Shown one piece after another: positions 34,004 through 44,709 of a DNA stretch of 64,000 nucleotides. A program made the translations under genes and the position numbers. Source of the stretch: Candidatus Eiseniibacteriota bacterium (GTDB taxonomy: Bacteria > Eisenbacteria > RBG-16-71-46 > CAZAMP01). The stretch lies in assembly GCA_965224245.1 (NCBI GenBank), contig OZ245046.1, positions 5,984,001-6,048,000 of the forward strand, read 5' to 3'. The stretch's first letter is position 1. Each line of letters opens with the position of its first letter. Below the pieces are notes generated by a model. It searched no databases. It saw only the letters and a program-made list of their open reading frames with translations, and was not told where the DNA came from.

Positions 34004-35138
34004 TCTCCGCCGCCCCCGGATCCTCTACATCACGCCCGTGTGCGACCTGGGCGGCGAGGAGCTGTCGACCCTGTCGCTCGCGGTGGAGGTGGCCGGCCGC
34101 GGATACGACGTGGCGCTGGTGACCGAAGGCGGCGACTTTCTGGACGAGTTCGTCTCCGCCGGGATCCCCACCCATGTGCTTCCGATGAACGCGCGCCGAC
34201 CGGCCGGGATCTGGCGGGCGTCTCGCGCGCTCCGCGAGCTTCTCGACGCCACGCCGTTCGACATCCTCCACTCGCAGGAGGTCTTCACGACGGTCATCGC
34301 CCATCTCGCCCGCCGCCTGCCCACCGGGACCGGCTCCAAGCTGATCTATCACTATCGAGGGGTTCGGCCGCGCATGATCCCGTCCGTCGCCCGGGTGCTT
34401 CCCCGGATCAGCGACTACGTCCTGACCAACGCCGAGACGAATCGCACGTTGTTTCTGGAGCGTGGCATCGACCCAGCATCGGTTCGCACGATCTACAACG
34501 GGCTGGACTTCTCCGACTTCGACGTGGCTTACGACCGCGCGGAGGTTCGATCTGAGTGGGGGGTCCCCGACGACGCCTTCGTCGTGGGCGCCATCGGTCG
34601 TCTGCATCCGGTGAAGGGGCACGCCGTGCTCATCGACGCGCTGTCCCACGTGCGCCGCGAGCGGGACGACGTCCACGCGGTGCTGATCGGTGACGGTCCT
34701 CTCCGTTCGGAGCTCGAGGCCCGGGTGGCCGCCGCCGGACTGGCGTCCGTCGTGCACTTCCGGGGGGTCGAGAGGAACGTGGCGCGCTGCCTGGCGGGGC
34801 TGGATCTTCTCGTGCTGCCGTCGACCGAGGAGGCGATCGGCCGCGTGCTGGCCGAGGCGCATGCGGTGGGACTCCCCGCGATCGCCAGCCGCGTCGGGGG
34901 AACGGGGGAGATCGTGCGCGACGGGGTGTCGGGGTTCCTGGTGTCGCCCGGAGACCCGGCGGCACTGGCCGGCCGCATTCTCGACATCGCCCGGGACCCC
35001 GAGCGCGCGCGGGCCTTCGGGGTCGCGGGCAAGCGCTGGGTGCGCGAGCGGTTCGGCCTCCAGGCGATGGTCGACGACACGCTGGAGATCTACCACCGAC
35101 TGTTCGACCGCACGGACACGAGATCGCCTCGACCGTAG
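33990..35138 (+). CDS. Glycosyltransferase family 4
   Basis: GGEE, IYNGLD, IGRLHPVKG, IGDGP, LPSTEEAIGRVLAEA (E-x7-E), SRVGG.GEIV.DG. Confidence 0.92.
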   Translation: MTHTDLRRPRILYITPVCDLGGEELSTLSLAVEVAGRGYDVALVTEGGDFLDEFVSAGIPTHVLPMNARRPAGIWRASRALRELLDATPFDILHSQEVFTTVIAHLARRLPTGTGSKLIYHYRGVRPRMIPSVARVLPRISDYVLTNAETNRTLFLERGIDPASVRTIYNGLDFSDFDVAYDRAEVRSEWGVPDDAFVVGAIGRLHPVKGHAVLIDALSHVRRERDDVHAVLIGDGPLRSELEARVAAAGLASVVHFRGVERNVARCLAGLDLLVLPSTEEAIGRVLAEAHAVGLPAIASRVGGTGEIVRDGVSGFLVSPGDPAALAGRILDIARDPERARAFGVAGKRWVRERFGLQAMVDDTLEIYHRLFDRTDTRSPRP

Positions 35139-35177
35139 TCGTACGGTGTCGCGTGGCGCGCCGCCGGACCATCGGGA

Positions 35178-37508
35178 TCACTCGACGGTGACCACGCCTT
35201 CGCGATCGGTGATCGTCCGCGCGCCGCACCGGATCACGAGTCCCCGCTCGGAGTCACGCACGTCGACGTCCAGCGGCGCCGGCGAGCCGGCGCCGGGCGT
35301 CACGCTCGTCACCGCGACCACGTTCCCGTCGCTGTCGGTGGCGCGACCGACGAGGTGAAGATCCACGAATCCCCGGGGATTGGTGTGGCGCTCGCGCGTG
35401 AAGATCGGGTCGAGCCCGCCCGAGACGTGATGGACGCGCCAGGCGAGTCCGACCGAGCCGTCGGTCGCATCCACGCCGGGCCGCCCCGCGTCGGACGACA
35501 CCGACGAACGCCAGGGGGGGTCCGCGCGCGCCGGCACGCGGAGGACGGCCCCACCGGGTCGACCCCGTGTGATCACGACGATCCCCTCGTCGAGAAACAC
35601 CCAGTGCTGGCGCCGCTCCCGGACGAGCTCGGCGACCGGAGGGGATTCGCCGACGAGGCGAAGGCGGCCCGCCCCGGTCGGATCCTCGCCGGAGAACGGA
35701 TGGTCGGTCACGACGCCGTCGAGGATCGGATGAAGCGCGCCGTGTCCGGGAATCCCGATCATGGCCAGGCCCGGCGCGCCGGTGAAGTGGTTCTCCGACG
35801 ACCAGCTGTACGACCGCTCGCAGCCGGCGAAGAGCACGGCGTAGTAGCCCGACGTGACCACGACGAGGTAGCCGCTCGATGCATGGAGCCGACACGCCGG
35901 CGGGCTCTCCATCGGCAGTCGAACCGTCTCGGGATCGATCGCGTGCGGGTCGGCGGCCAGAGCCGCCTCGTCGGTGGCGGCCCGCAAGAGGTAGTACGCG
36001 CTGAGGGCGTTGTACGGCGTGTGGCAGTGGTTCCAGGCCATGCGGCGCTCGATCTCGGGGTTCACGGCGGTCGCGAGCATTCCGTCGGCGCGCTGAGCAC
36101 GTGAGAGATACGCCAGCGCGAGGCGCGCGCCGCGTCGATAGCGCGCGGCGCGTTCAGGGTCCGCGTCACCGACGAGGCGCGCGGCGAACCGGAGCGCCGA
36201 GATCGCGCTCGCGAGGTGGTACACGTTGTTCGAGCCGCGCCCCATGTACGAGACCTCGCCGTCCGGTGTCTCCATCGCGATCGTGAAGTCGACGCCGGCC
36301 AGGAGGATCGATCGCGTCTCCTCGTCGTCGGCCAGCCTCAGCGAATCGGCCAGGCAGGCCAACGAGTACTGGTGGTAGGTGAGGTCGTGGGAATCGAAGT
36401 AGAAGCGGCCGGGGTTGTTGTCCTGGATGAGTCCGTCGTCCAGGAGATCCCGGCCGACGCGTCGGGTGAGTCCTCTGCGCTCCCGGACGCTCAGCTCGCC
36501 GTATCCGCCCACCGACTGCGCCGTGCGCCAGTGATGACGCAGCGCGTAGACGTTGGTGGGCAGGTACAGGTCCGCTCGAAGCGACCGCGCGTGCGCCTCG
36601 AGCGTCGTGCGCAGGGACGGCTCCATGTCTCGACCGCTCAGCGTGAGCGTCTCCAGGAGCCCGGCGTTCTTGAAGTCCGCGTGGGTCATCGGCGTCATCG
36701 ACGCGGCGTAGCCCGGGTACACGCGCGCCAGAAACTCGGCGGCATCGTGGGCGGCGTCCGCCGAGGACGGCGTCGGACGGGCCTGGTGAGCGAAGGCCAG
36801 GGCCCACGCCGCGTAGGCGTCCGCGTACACCGTTCCCATGACCTGGGGCGGGAGCTCATCCCCTTCGCTGTTGGTGTGGAAGTCCAGGATCCCGCCGCGG
36901 TCGTAGCAGGTCATCTCGACCCCGTCGTCCTCGACGCGTGAGAGCTGCCAGGTGATGCCGGGGACGTTCTCGAACCGGACCGCCGACGCGACCCGATGCC
37001 GGCGGTCCACGTAGTATCGCGCGAGGTCCCGGACGCCCTCGAGGATCCGGCGCGCGCGAGCGACCGACAGCCTTCGCAGCTCGGCCACCATCAGTCGCGC
37101 GTACTTCGCGGCCAGGCGTCGTGTATAGTTGCTCTCCGGCTCGACCCGGTACGTCGTCGTGGGTGCATGCAGGAGTCGACCCTGAAACAGCCGCAGATAC
37201 GATCCCGCGTCGAACGGGCCGGCGACGCCCACCGGGTGCGAGACGCTCTCGACCCACACCCGACGCGATCCGCTCGGACCGGGGCGTGTGACCAGGCGAT
37301 ACTCCACCGGGCCCGGGTCCCCGCGGAGCTCCCGCACCGTCAGGACCCCCGATCGGGTCCCGTCGACCGGATCGTCCGTCGGGAGCATCTCGACCCTGAC
37401 GTCCGGAGCGACGACCTGGCAGGCCGTCAGATACTCCGCCACCCGGAGGCCGACCTCCCACGCGAGGTCGGGGTCCAGGATCCGGGGCGCGCGGTCGATA
37501 CGGTACAT
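35178..37508 (-). CDS. Hypothetical 776-aa protein; possible alpha/alpha-toroid + beta-sandwich glycan lyase/epimerase-like enzyme
   Basis: Coding-like codon usage, and it fills the gap between GT4 and murJ. DLTYHQYS and PDGEVSYMGRG loosely resemble heparinase II/III or DUF2264-type proteins. The function call is weak. Confidence 0.6.
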   Translation of the reverse strand: MYRIDRAPRILDPDLAWEVGLRVAEYLTACQVVAPDVRVEMLPTDDPVDGTRSGVLTVRELRGDPGPVEYRLVTRPGPSGSRRVWVESVSHPVGVAGPFDAGSYLRLFQGRLLHAPTTTYRVEPESNYTRRLAAKYARLMVAELRRLSVARARRILEGVRDLARYYVDRRHRVASAVRFENVPGITWQLSRVEDDGVEMTCYDRGGILDFHTNSEGDELPPQVMGTVYADAYAAWALAFAHQARPTPSSADAAHDAAEFLARVYPGYAASMTPMTHADFKNAGLLETLTLSGRDMEPSLRTTLEAHARSLRADLYLPTNVYALRHHWRTAQSVGGYGELSVRERRGLTRRVGRDLLDDGLIQDNNPGRFYFDSHDLTYHQYSLACLADSLRLADDEETRSILLAGVDFTIAMETPDGEVSYMGRGSNNVYHLASAISALRFAARLVGDADPERAARYRRGARLALAYLSRAQRADGMLATAVNPEIERRMAWNHCHTPYNALSAYYLLRAATDEAALAADPHAIDPETVRLPMESPPACRLHASSGYLVVVTSGYYAVLFAGCERSYSWSSENHFTGAPGLAMIGIPGHGALHPILDGVVTDHPFSGEDPTGAGRLRLVGESPPVAELVRERRQHWVFLDEGIVVITRGRPGGAVLRVPARADPPWRSSVSSDAGRPGVDATDGSVGLAWRVHHVSGGLDPIFTRERHTNPRGFVDLHLVGRATDSDGNVVAVTSVTPGAGSPAPLDVDVRDSERGLVIRCGARTITDREGVVTVE

Positions 37509-37594
37509 GACATGAGCTCCGTGAGGATCGTAAAGCGCGGCGGATCATACGGTTCGGTGTGTCGAAGCGTCAACTCGAGGGAACTGGCCACGGC

Positions 37595-39238
37595 ATGACA
37601 GCACGCGACTCGACGCCGGCCGACCCGCCGGCGGCCGATCCGTCACGACGCCGCGAGAAGACCAAGACCGCGCGATTCGCGGGATTGATGGGCGCCGGCA
37701 TCCTCCTGTCGCGCCTGCTCGGGCTCGTGCGCGACATGTTCCTGGCGTACTTCCTCGGCACCGGACACGTGGCCGAGGCCTGGCTGGTCGCGTTTCGCAT
37801 CCCCAACGTCCTCCGCATGCACCTCACCGAGGGATCGCTCAACGCGGCCTTCGTACCGATCTTCAACGAGTACCTCGAACGCGGTGACGCCGCCGAGACC
37901 CGGGCCATGGCCTCCTCCGCGTGCACGGCGCTGGGGCTGTTCCTCACGATGATCTCACTCCTGGGATCGCTCGTCGCCCCGGAGTTCGTTCACCTGCTGG
38001 CGCCGGGCTTCGTGGACGTCCCCGGCAAGGTCGAGCTCACCGCGAACCTGATGCGGTGGACGTTCTTCTACATCGCCCTGGTCGGCGTGGCCGCGCTCCT
38101 GATGGGCATGCTCCAGTCGCTGGGGTCGTTCCGCACGTCCGCGCTGGCCCAGGCCGTCTTCAACACGGCGATCATCGTGTCGGTCTTCACGATCTGCCCG
38201 CTCTTCGGCGAGGCACGCGAGCGCTGGGTGTACGGGCTGGTCGTGGGGTCGCTTCTGGGGGGGCTCGTGCAGCTCCTGATCCAGATCCCGCCCCTCGTCC
38301 GCGCGGGGTTCCTGCCCCAGCCGACGCGCCGGCTCGACCATCCCGGCGTGCGGCGGATCGCACGACTGATGGGGCCCACGTTCTTCGGGGTCGCGATCGC
38401 GGAGATCATGATCCTCGCGAACACGTTTCTCGCGTCGCTCCTGTCCGAGGGTGCGGTGGCCGCGATCGAGTACGCGACCCGGATCATCCAGATGCCGTAC
38501 ATGGTGCTGGCGGGCGCGATCTCGACGGCGATGTTGCCGCTGATGTCCAAGCAGAGCGCGAGACGCGACTACGCGGATCTGACCGCGACGCTCTCGTTCA
38601 CGCTGCGCGCGATCGTCTTCCTGATGGTTCCGGTGGGAGTGGTCACCGCCGTGCTCGACACCGAGATCGTGCAGCTCGTGCTGGAGCGCGGCGCGTTCTC
38701 GGCCGAGTCCACCGCCCGCACGGCCCACGCGCTCCGGTTCTTCGTGCCGCTCCTGCTCGGCTCGAGCGCGCTGCGTCTCGTGACCGCTGCGTTCTTCTCG
38801 ATGCAGGACACGCGAACGCCGGTGTGGGTGTCGGCGCTGGCGCTGGTCTTCAACGTGGCGCTGGGTGCCGTTCTGATGCGCGTCATGGACGTGGCCGGGC
38901 TCGCGCTGGCCGTCTCGCTGTCACCCTGCCTGGCGAGCGCGACGCTGCTGATCATCCTGTCGCGCCGCGTCGGTGGCTTCCCGCTCGTCGGGTGGCCGCG
39001 TACACTGCTCGCCGTGCTGTCCGGCTCGGCCGTGCTGACGGGCGTCCTGCTCGTGGTCGCCCGCGGGATCGAGCCCGCGCTCGGCGGAGTCCCGCCGGCC
39101 GCGGCGAAGGTGACCCGGCTCGCGATTCCGTCGATCGTGGGATTGGGGGCCTATCTCGGGATCGGCACGCTCTGGCGCACCGAGGAGCTCGCCTTCGTGT
39201 CGCGGACGATCGGGCGCCGGCTGGGAGTGGTTCGATGA
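37595..39238 (+). CDS. murJ: Lipid II flippase MurJ (MviN)
   Basis: SRLLGLVRD, AFRIPN.LR, EGSLNAAFVP, LVQLLIQIP, ERGAF, FFSMQDTRTPV. Confidence 0.93.
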   Translation: MTARDSTPADPPAADPSRRREKTKTARFAGLMGAGILLSRLLGLVRDMFLAYFLGTGHVAEAWLVAFRIPNVLRMHLTEGSLNAAFVPIFNEYLERGDAAETRAMASSACTALGLFLTMISLLGSLVAPEFVHLLAPGFVDVPGKVELTANLMRWTFFYIALVGVAALLMGMLQSLGSFRTSALAQAVFNTAIIVSVFTICPLFGEARERWVYGLVVGSLLGGLVQLLIQIPPLVRAGFLPQPTRRLDHPGVRRIARLMGPTFFGVAIAEIMILANTFLASLLSEGAVAAIEYATRIIQMPYMVLAGAISTAMLPLMSKQSARRDYADLTATLSFTLRAIVFLMVPVGVVTAVLDTEIVQLVLERGAFSAESTARTAHALRFFVPLLLGSSALRLVTAAFFSMQDTRTPVWVSALALVFNVALGAVLMRVMDVAGLALAVSLSPCLASATLLIILSRRVGGFPLVGWPRTLLAVLSGSAVLTGVLLVVARGIEPALGGVPPAAAKVTRLAIPSIVGLGAYLGIGTLWRTEELAFVSRTIGRRLGVVR

Positions 39239-41172
39239 CCTCGCGCGTACGCACGCTCTCGTACAGCCTCTTGTCGGTGGCCACGATCGGCTGCCTGTTC
39301 GGCGTCGTGTTCGCCGTGCGCGCGATCGGCATGAGCGAGCTCGAGAACGACCTGCGCGACATGCTGGTGCTGATCGGGTGGGTCGCGCTGACGTTCGCCG
39401 TGCTGTTCCTGCCGATCGGGCTGGTCGGCCTCGCGCTGACCGGCCTTCTGGCCCAGGTCAGGCGCCGACGCCTCCGCGGGCGCACACGGATCTACCTCCT
39501 CGCGTGGTTCGTGATGTCGACCGCGATCTCGATCCCGTTCCTCGGGTACTACTACTCGAGCGGCATCGACCCCGCGACGGTGCCCGCCGCCACGTCCCCC
39601 TGGGATCTGTTGCCGTACTGGCTCCTGAAGGTCGGACGCTGGATCGGGTTCTCGCTCTTGACCGGCGCCTGGCTGGCGTTCGTCGTCGCGACGGTGCTCT
39701 CGCGGGTGCTTCAGCTGGGCGACCGGGACGAGAGGCCGTTCTGGAGCCAGCGCCTCCTCATCGGCATCCCGGCGCTGATTCTGCTCGCGTGGGTCGTGCC
39801 GCCCCTGTGGCTCCTGGCCACGCGCGGCGCGGAGATCGACCGTCTGCACACCGAGCGCGGGGTGCGAGCAGCCGAGGTCGAGACCGTGCCGCCGCTGGCG
39901 CGGGTCCTCGTGGTCGGATGGGACGGCGCCACCTGGGACGTCGTCGATCCGCTCCTGGAGCGCGGTCTGATGCCGAACCTGGCTCGATTGATCGAGGAGG
40001 GAACCCGCGCCGAGCTCGGCACCTTCGAGCCCACCCTCTCGCCCCTGATCTGGACGACGATCTCGACGGGACGACCCCCCGGCCAGCACGGGGTTCGCTC
40101 GCACGTCGAGAACCGCTTCCTCGCGATGAACCGCTGGTTCTACTTCCCGCCGTTGATGGGCTTCGATCGCGTCTTCGGTCGGGTGTGGGAGCGGCTCGGC
40201 CTGATCGAGCGCGTGCAGGTGACCAGCTACGCCCGGCAGCGACAGGCCTTCTGGAACATCCTGAGCGACGCGGATCGGACCGTGGGGCTCGTGAACTGGC
40301 GCGTGACCTGGCCGGCCGAGGAGGTCAACGGGTTCAACGTGACCCGGAACCTGTACTCGATGCTGAAGCAGGTCACCGGCCCCGACCGTCTGGAGATTCC
40401 CCCGATGTCCGACGCGGACTTCGTCGCCGCGACGCCCGGCAGCGTCGCGCCGCCCATCCGACGCGCGGTCATGGACTCCTTCCTGGTGGAGGCCTCGCGG
40501 GAGCTGCCCCGCTACTGCGAGGCATCGGGCCTGCCGCCCGAGCTCGCACGCGAGTCCGAGGTGCTGGCCTCGCTGCTCGGCGAGTGGCTGTACCGGCGAG
40601 ATCCGGTCGACCTGATGGGCGTGTACTACTACCGACCCGATGCGATCGAGCACGGCTTCTGGCGCTACCGGGAGCCCCGGTTCTACTTCCGGGCGCCCCC
40701 GGACGACGTCGCGCGCTACGGTCAGGCGATCGACCAGGTCCACCAGTTCGTCGACATGCAGCTCGGGCGCCTGCTCGACGTCGTCTCGGACGACACGATC
40801 GTCATGTTGCTCTCCGATCACGGACACGGACCGGTGTTCGGTGAGCTGAGCCGGAGCGGGGGGCACGCCAGCGCGCCGTCGGGGATCCTGGTGATGTCCG
40901 GGCCCGGCGTGCGCAGAGGCGCCGAGCTCCGTGCGCCCACCGTCTACGACATCTTCCCCACGCTCATGTACGTCGAGGGCCTCCCGATCGAACGGGAAGC
41001 GAGAGGCCGCGTTCTGCTGGAGGCGTTCGACGAGGCGCTGACGCGGGACCGTCCGGTCCGGTCGATCGAGCGATACCAGCGCCGCGAGCCCGGGCTACGC
41101 GAGCAGCCGCGGCGCTCGAAGATCGATCGGGAGAACCTCGAGAACCTCCGCCGGCTGGGCTACATCGGCTGA
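39235..41172 (+). CDS. Multi-TM-anchored alkaline phosphatase superfamily (phosphodiesterase/sulfatase-like) enzyme
   Basis: ATGA overlap with murJ; about five N-terminal TM helices. GWDGATW, MPNLARL, PTLSPLIWTTISTG..PGQHGV, DAIEH, LSDHG, YDIFPTL; C-terminal LRRLGYI. Confidence 0.85.
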   Translation: MTSRVRTLSYSLLSVATIGCLFGVVFAVRAIGMSELENDLRDMLVLIGWVALTFAVLFLPIGLVGLALTGLLAQVRRRRLRGRTRIYLLAWFVMSTAISIPFLGYYYSSGIDPATVPAATSPWDLLPYWLLKVGRWIGFSLLTGAWLAFVVATVLSRVLQLGDRDERPFWSQRLLIGIPALILLAWVVPPLWLLATRGAEIDRLHTERGVRAAEVETVPPLARVLVVGWDGATWDVVDPLLERGLMPNLARLIEEGTRAELGTFEPTLSPLIWTTISTGRPPGQHGVRSHVENRFLAMNRWFYFPPLMGFDRVFGRVWERLGLIERVQVTSYARQRQAFWNILSDADRTVGLVNWRVTWPAEEVNGFNVTRNLYSMLKQVTGPDRLEIPPMSDADFVAATPGSVAPPIRRAVMDSFLVEASRELPRYCEASGLPPELARESEVLASLLGEWLYRRDPVDLMGVYYYRPDAIEHGFWRYREPRFYFRAPPDDVARYGQAIDQVHQFVDMQLGRLLDVVSDDTIVMLLSDHGHGPVFGELSRSGGHASAPSGILVMSGPGVRRGAELRAPTVYDIFPTLMYVEGLPIEREARGRVLLEAFDEALTRDRPVRSIERYQRREPGLREQPRRSKIDRENLENLRRLGYIG

Positions 41173-41604
41173 TCAGAAACGGACGGGCGGGTCGACGCGT
41201 GCGGAGCGGGCGACGCGCAGTCGGTATCGATCCCCGGAATACTCGATGAAGATGTCGATGCGATTCGGGGTCTCGAACGCCTGGATCTCGGTCTCCAGCA
41301 CCCGTCCCCGATAGTTCAGCTCGAGGGGCCACTTGCCCATCTCGGGAACCTGGACCTGATAGGTGCCGCCGGGGCGGGTCGTGAACTCCACGCGGCGGCC
41401 GCCTGCCTGGATCACGCCCGGGCACTGCCGGTCCAGGGCGCGGACGTGGCCGGTGTCGACGTCCACGAGCTGGACGTCGCCGAACAGGATGCCCGTGGGG
41501 GTGGCCTGCCACTCTCCACCGCCCGCGCAGGCGCCGAGCAGGGCGGCGATCGCGATCGCGAGGGCGGCGCCGAGGCGGCGCGGCCGGGACGTCGGGTCGG
41601 TCAT
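41173..41604 (-). CDS. Hypothetical lipoprotein
   Basis: GGAG RBS; basic N-region, hydrophobic stretch and LGAC lipobox; beta-rich mature domain. Confidence 0.7.
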   Translation of the reverse strand: MTDPTSRPRRLGAALAIAIAALLGACAGGGEWQATPTGILFGDVQLVDVDTGHVRALDRQCPGVIQAGGRRVEFTTRPGGTYQVQVPEMGKWPLELNYRGRVLETEIQAFETPNRIDIFIEYSGDRYRLRVARSARVDPPVRF

Positions 41605-41678
41605 GGGGGTATCGGCTCCTCCGGTCGGGGGCGGTCTGGGGGCGGGAGTCTAGCGCCCTGGGGGGCGATTGTCGCTTT

Positions 41679-41706
41679 TTGACATCCCGATCGTCGGTGG
41701 TATAGT
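41679..41706 (+). promoter_or_regulatory. Strong sigma70 promoter of the tRNA-tuf operon (TTGACA-16 bp-TATAGT, extended -10)
   Basis: Perfect -35, TGn extension and GC-rich discriminator, typical of stable-RNA promoters. Confidence 0.8.
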
Positions 41707-41796
41707 CTGCGCCGCCCAAGTCCGCAACTCGTTCTCGACCGCCTCGGGCTGCTCGGGGCGCCCATCGGGCCCGAGCCGGCCAGGCGGCGACCGAAG

Positions 41797-41872
41797 GCTG
41801 GCGTAGCTCAACTGGTAGAGCATCGCATTTGTAATGCGAGGGTTGGGGGTTCGAGTCCCTTCGCCAGCTCCA
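41797..41872 (+). tRNA. tRNA-Thr(TGT)
   Basis: Acceptor GCTGGCG/CGCCAGC, anticodon arm TCGCA-tt-TGT-aa-TGCGA, GTTCGA T-loop, encoded CCA. Confidence 0.97.
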
Positions 41873-41925
41873 GTGGCTGGCGGCGGAGCTGTAAGTGGCC
41901 TTGGGTCAACGTATTGTGTGTTCGT

Positions 41926-42011
41926 GGGGAGATGCCCGAGTGGTTAAAGGGAGCAGACTGTAAATCTGCCGGCTATCGCCTACAGAGGTTCGAATCCTCT
42001 TCTCCCCACCA
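41926..42011 (+). tRNA. tRNA-Tyr(GTA)
   Basis: Acceptor GGGGAGA/TCTCCCC, arm GCAGA-ct-GTA-aa-TCTGC, long variable arm, CCA. Confidence 0.97.
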
Positions 42012-42136
42012 CGACATACACGCAGACGACGAGGTCGGTGGCCTGGACGGCCGGCGGAGGGCCAGTCCCCCGAGGACCGCTCCCGTCGCCGGGGCCCCAC
42101 GACCGGCCGCGCGCTGCGTGAACCGGTGTCGCTCGG

Positions 42137-42213
42137 GCGGGAATAGCTCAGTTGGCTAGAGCATCAGCCTTCCAAGCTGAGGGTCGCGGGTTCGAGCCCC
42201 GTTTCCCGCTCCA
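42137..42213 (+). tRNA. tRNA-Gly(TCC)
   Basis: Acceptor GCGGGAA/TTCCCGC, arm TCAGC-ct-TCC-aa-GCTGA, CCA. Confidence 0.97.
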
Positions 42214-42253
42214 TTTTTCTCCCGGGAGTTTCTCGGAGGGGGCGTCGTCGTCC

Positions 42254-42283
42254 TTGACGGGCGATCCGCGTTTCGGCTAGCAT
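42254..42283 (+). promoter_or_regulatory. Possible internal promoter upstream of tRNA-Thr(GGT)-tuf (TTGACG-18 bp-TAGCAT)
   Basis: Near-consensus hexamers in the 149-nt spacer after tRNA-Gly. Confidence 0.4.
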
Positions 42284-42362
42284 CGCCGCCTTGATTTCCC
42301 GTCCTGACTCCTCTCCTTGCCCTCATCTGACCCGGGGACAGGGGATTAGCGCGGGTCTCATA

Positions 42363-42438
<76 letters not shown>

Positions 42439-42533
42439 GGTTTCGATCGTGAGCGCCGGGCTGCGTGCCCCGCTCAGTCGTGGTTCTCGGATCGGGGTTG
42501 GACCCGATCGTCGCCCTGAGGAGATGTCTGGCA

Positions 42534-43739
<1,206 letters not shown>

Positions 43740-43798
43740 CGAAACGCGACGCGATCCCGCGGGTCGGCCCCGTGGGATCGGCTCGCGGCGGGACACGC

Positions 43799-43874
<76 letters not shown>

Positions 43875-43936
43875 GATCGTCATTCAGGGTGCGAGACGTC
43901 TCCAGCGACGGTCGCCTCACGCGGAGCTCGGGTCTC

Positions 43937-44137
43937 ATGCAGATCGTTGAAAAGGGTCGGACGTTCCTCGGCGAGGTCGTCGTCGAGATGAAGAAGATCA
44001 CGTGGCCCTCGCGCGAAGACCTGCGCGAGTCGACCGTCGTCGTGATCGTGTCGGTCGCCATTCTCGCGGTGGTGCTGGGAATCGTGGACCGCGTCCTGAC
44101 CATCATCCTGAATCAGATTCTGAAGATCGTAGCCTAG
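43937..44137 (+). CDS. secE: Preprotein translocase subunit SecE (single-TM type)
   Basis: FLGEVVVEMKKITWPSREDL followed by a TM helix; lies between tRNA-Trp and nusG. Confidence 0.95.
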   Translation: MQIVEKGRTFLGEVVVEMKKITWPSREDLRESTVVVIVSVAILAVVLGIVDRVLTIILNQILKIVA

Positions 44138-44150
44138 GGTGGACCTCACG

Positions 44151-44681
44151 ATGTCTAAGCGCTGGTACGTTCTACACACGTACTCGGGACACGAGAACAA
44201 GGTCAAGACGAACCTCGAGAAGGCCATCGAGTACGCGGGGCTCGGGGACTCGTTCGGGCAGATTCTCGTGGTGACCGAGGACATAGCCGAGATGCGGAAC
44301 GGCAAGCGCACGGTCTCGAAGAAGAAGACGTTCCCGAGCTACGTCCTGATCGAGATGGACATCTCCCCCGAGACCCAGGCCCTCGTCCAGAACATTCCCG
44401 GCGTCACGCGCTTCGTGGGCACGCCGAGCGGACCGATGGCGCTCCGACAGGAAGAGGTCGAGCGCATCCTCAACAAGGACGAGACCGAGAAGACGCGCAC
44501 GCGCACCGAGGTGCCGTTCAAGGTGGGCGAGCACGTACGCGTCGTGGACGGACCCTTCAACGACTTCACCGGCGTGGTCGACGAGATCGATCACGAACGC
44601 GGCAAGATCAAGGTCATGGTCTCGATCTTCGGTCGCGCGACGCCCGTGGAGCTCGACTTCCTTCAGGTAAAAGAGATCTAG
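44151..44681 (+). CDS. nusG: Transcription termination/antitermination factor NusG
   Basis: [23 protein letters not shown] domain [21 protein letters not shown]. Confidence 0.98.
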   Translation: MSKRWYVLHTYSGHENKVKTNLEKAIEYAGLGDSFGQILVVTEDIAEMRNGKRTVSKKKTFPSYVLIEMDISPETQALVQNIPGVTRFVGTPSGPMALRQEEVERILNKDETEKTRTRTEVPFKVGEHVRVVDGPFNDFTGVVDEIDHERGKIKVMVSIFGRATPVELDFLQVKEI

Positions 44682-44709
44682 GGCTCGATCGTTTCATCGG
44701 AGGTTCGGC

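Noticed and set aside
24383..41796. Polysaccharide region as a tRNA-anchored genomic island
   Set aside because: No integrase and no duplicated tRNA 3' end; the region abuts the 5' (promoter) side of the tRNA operon; GC content and codon style match the flanks by eye.
43740..43798. No rpmG between tuf and tRNA-Trp
   Set aside because: The 59-nt spacer holds only a hairpin, and tuf-trpT-secE without rpmG is a common arrangement.
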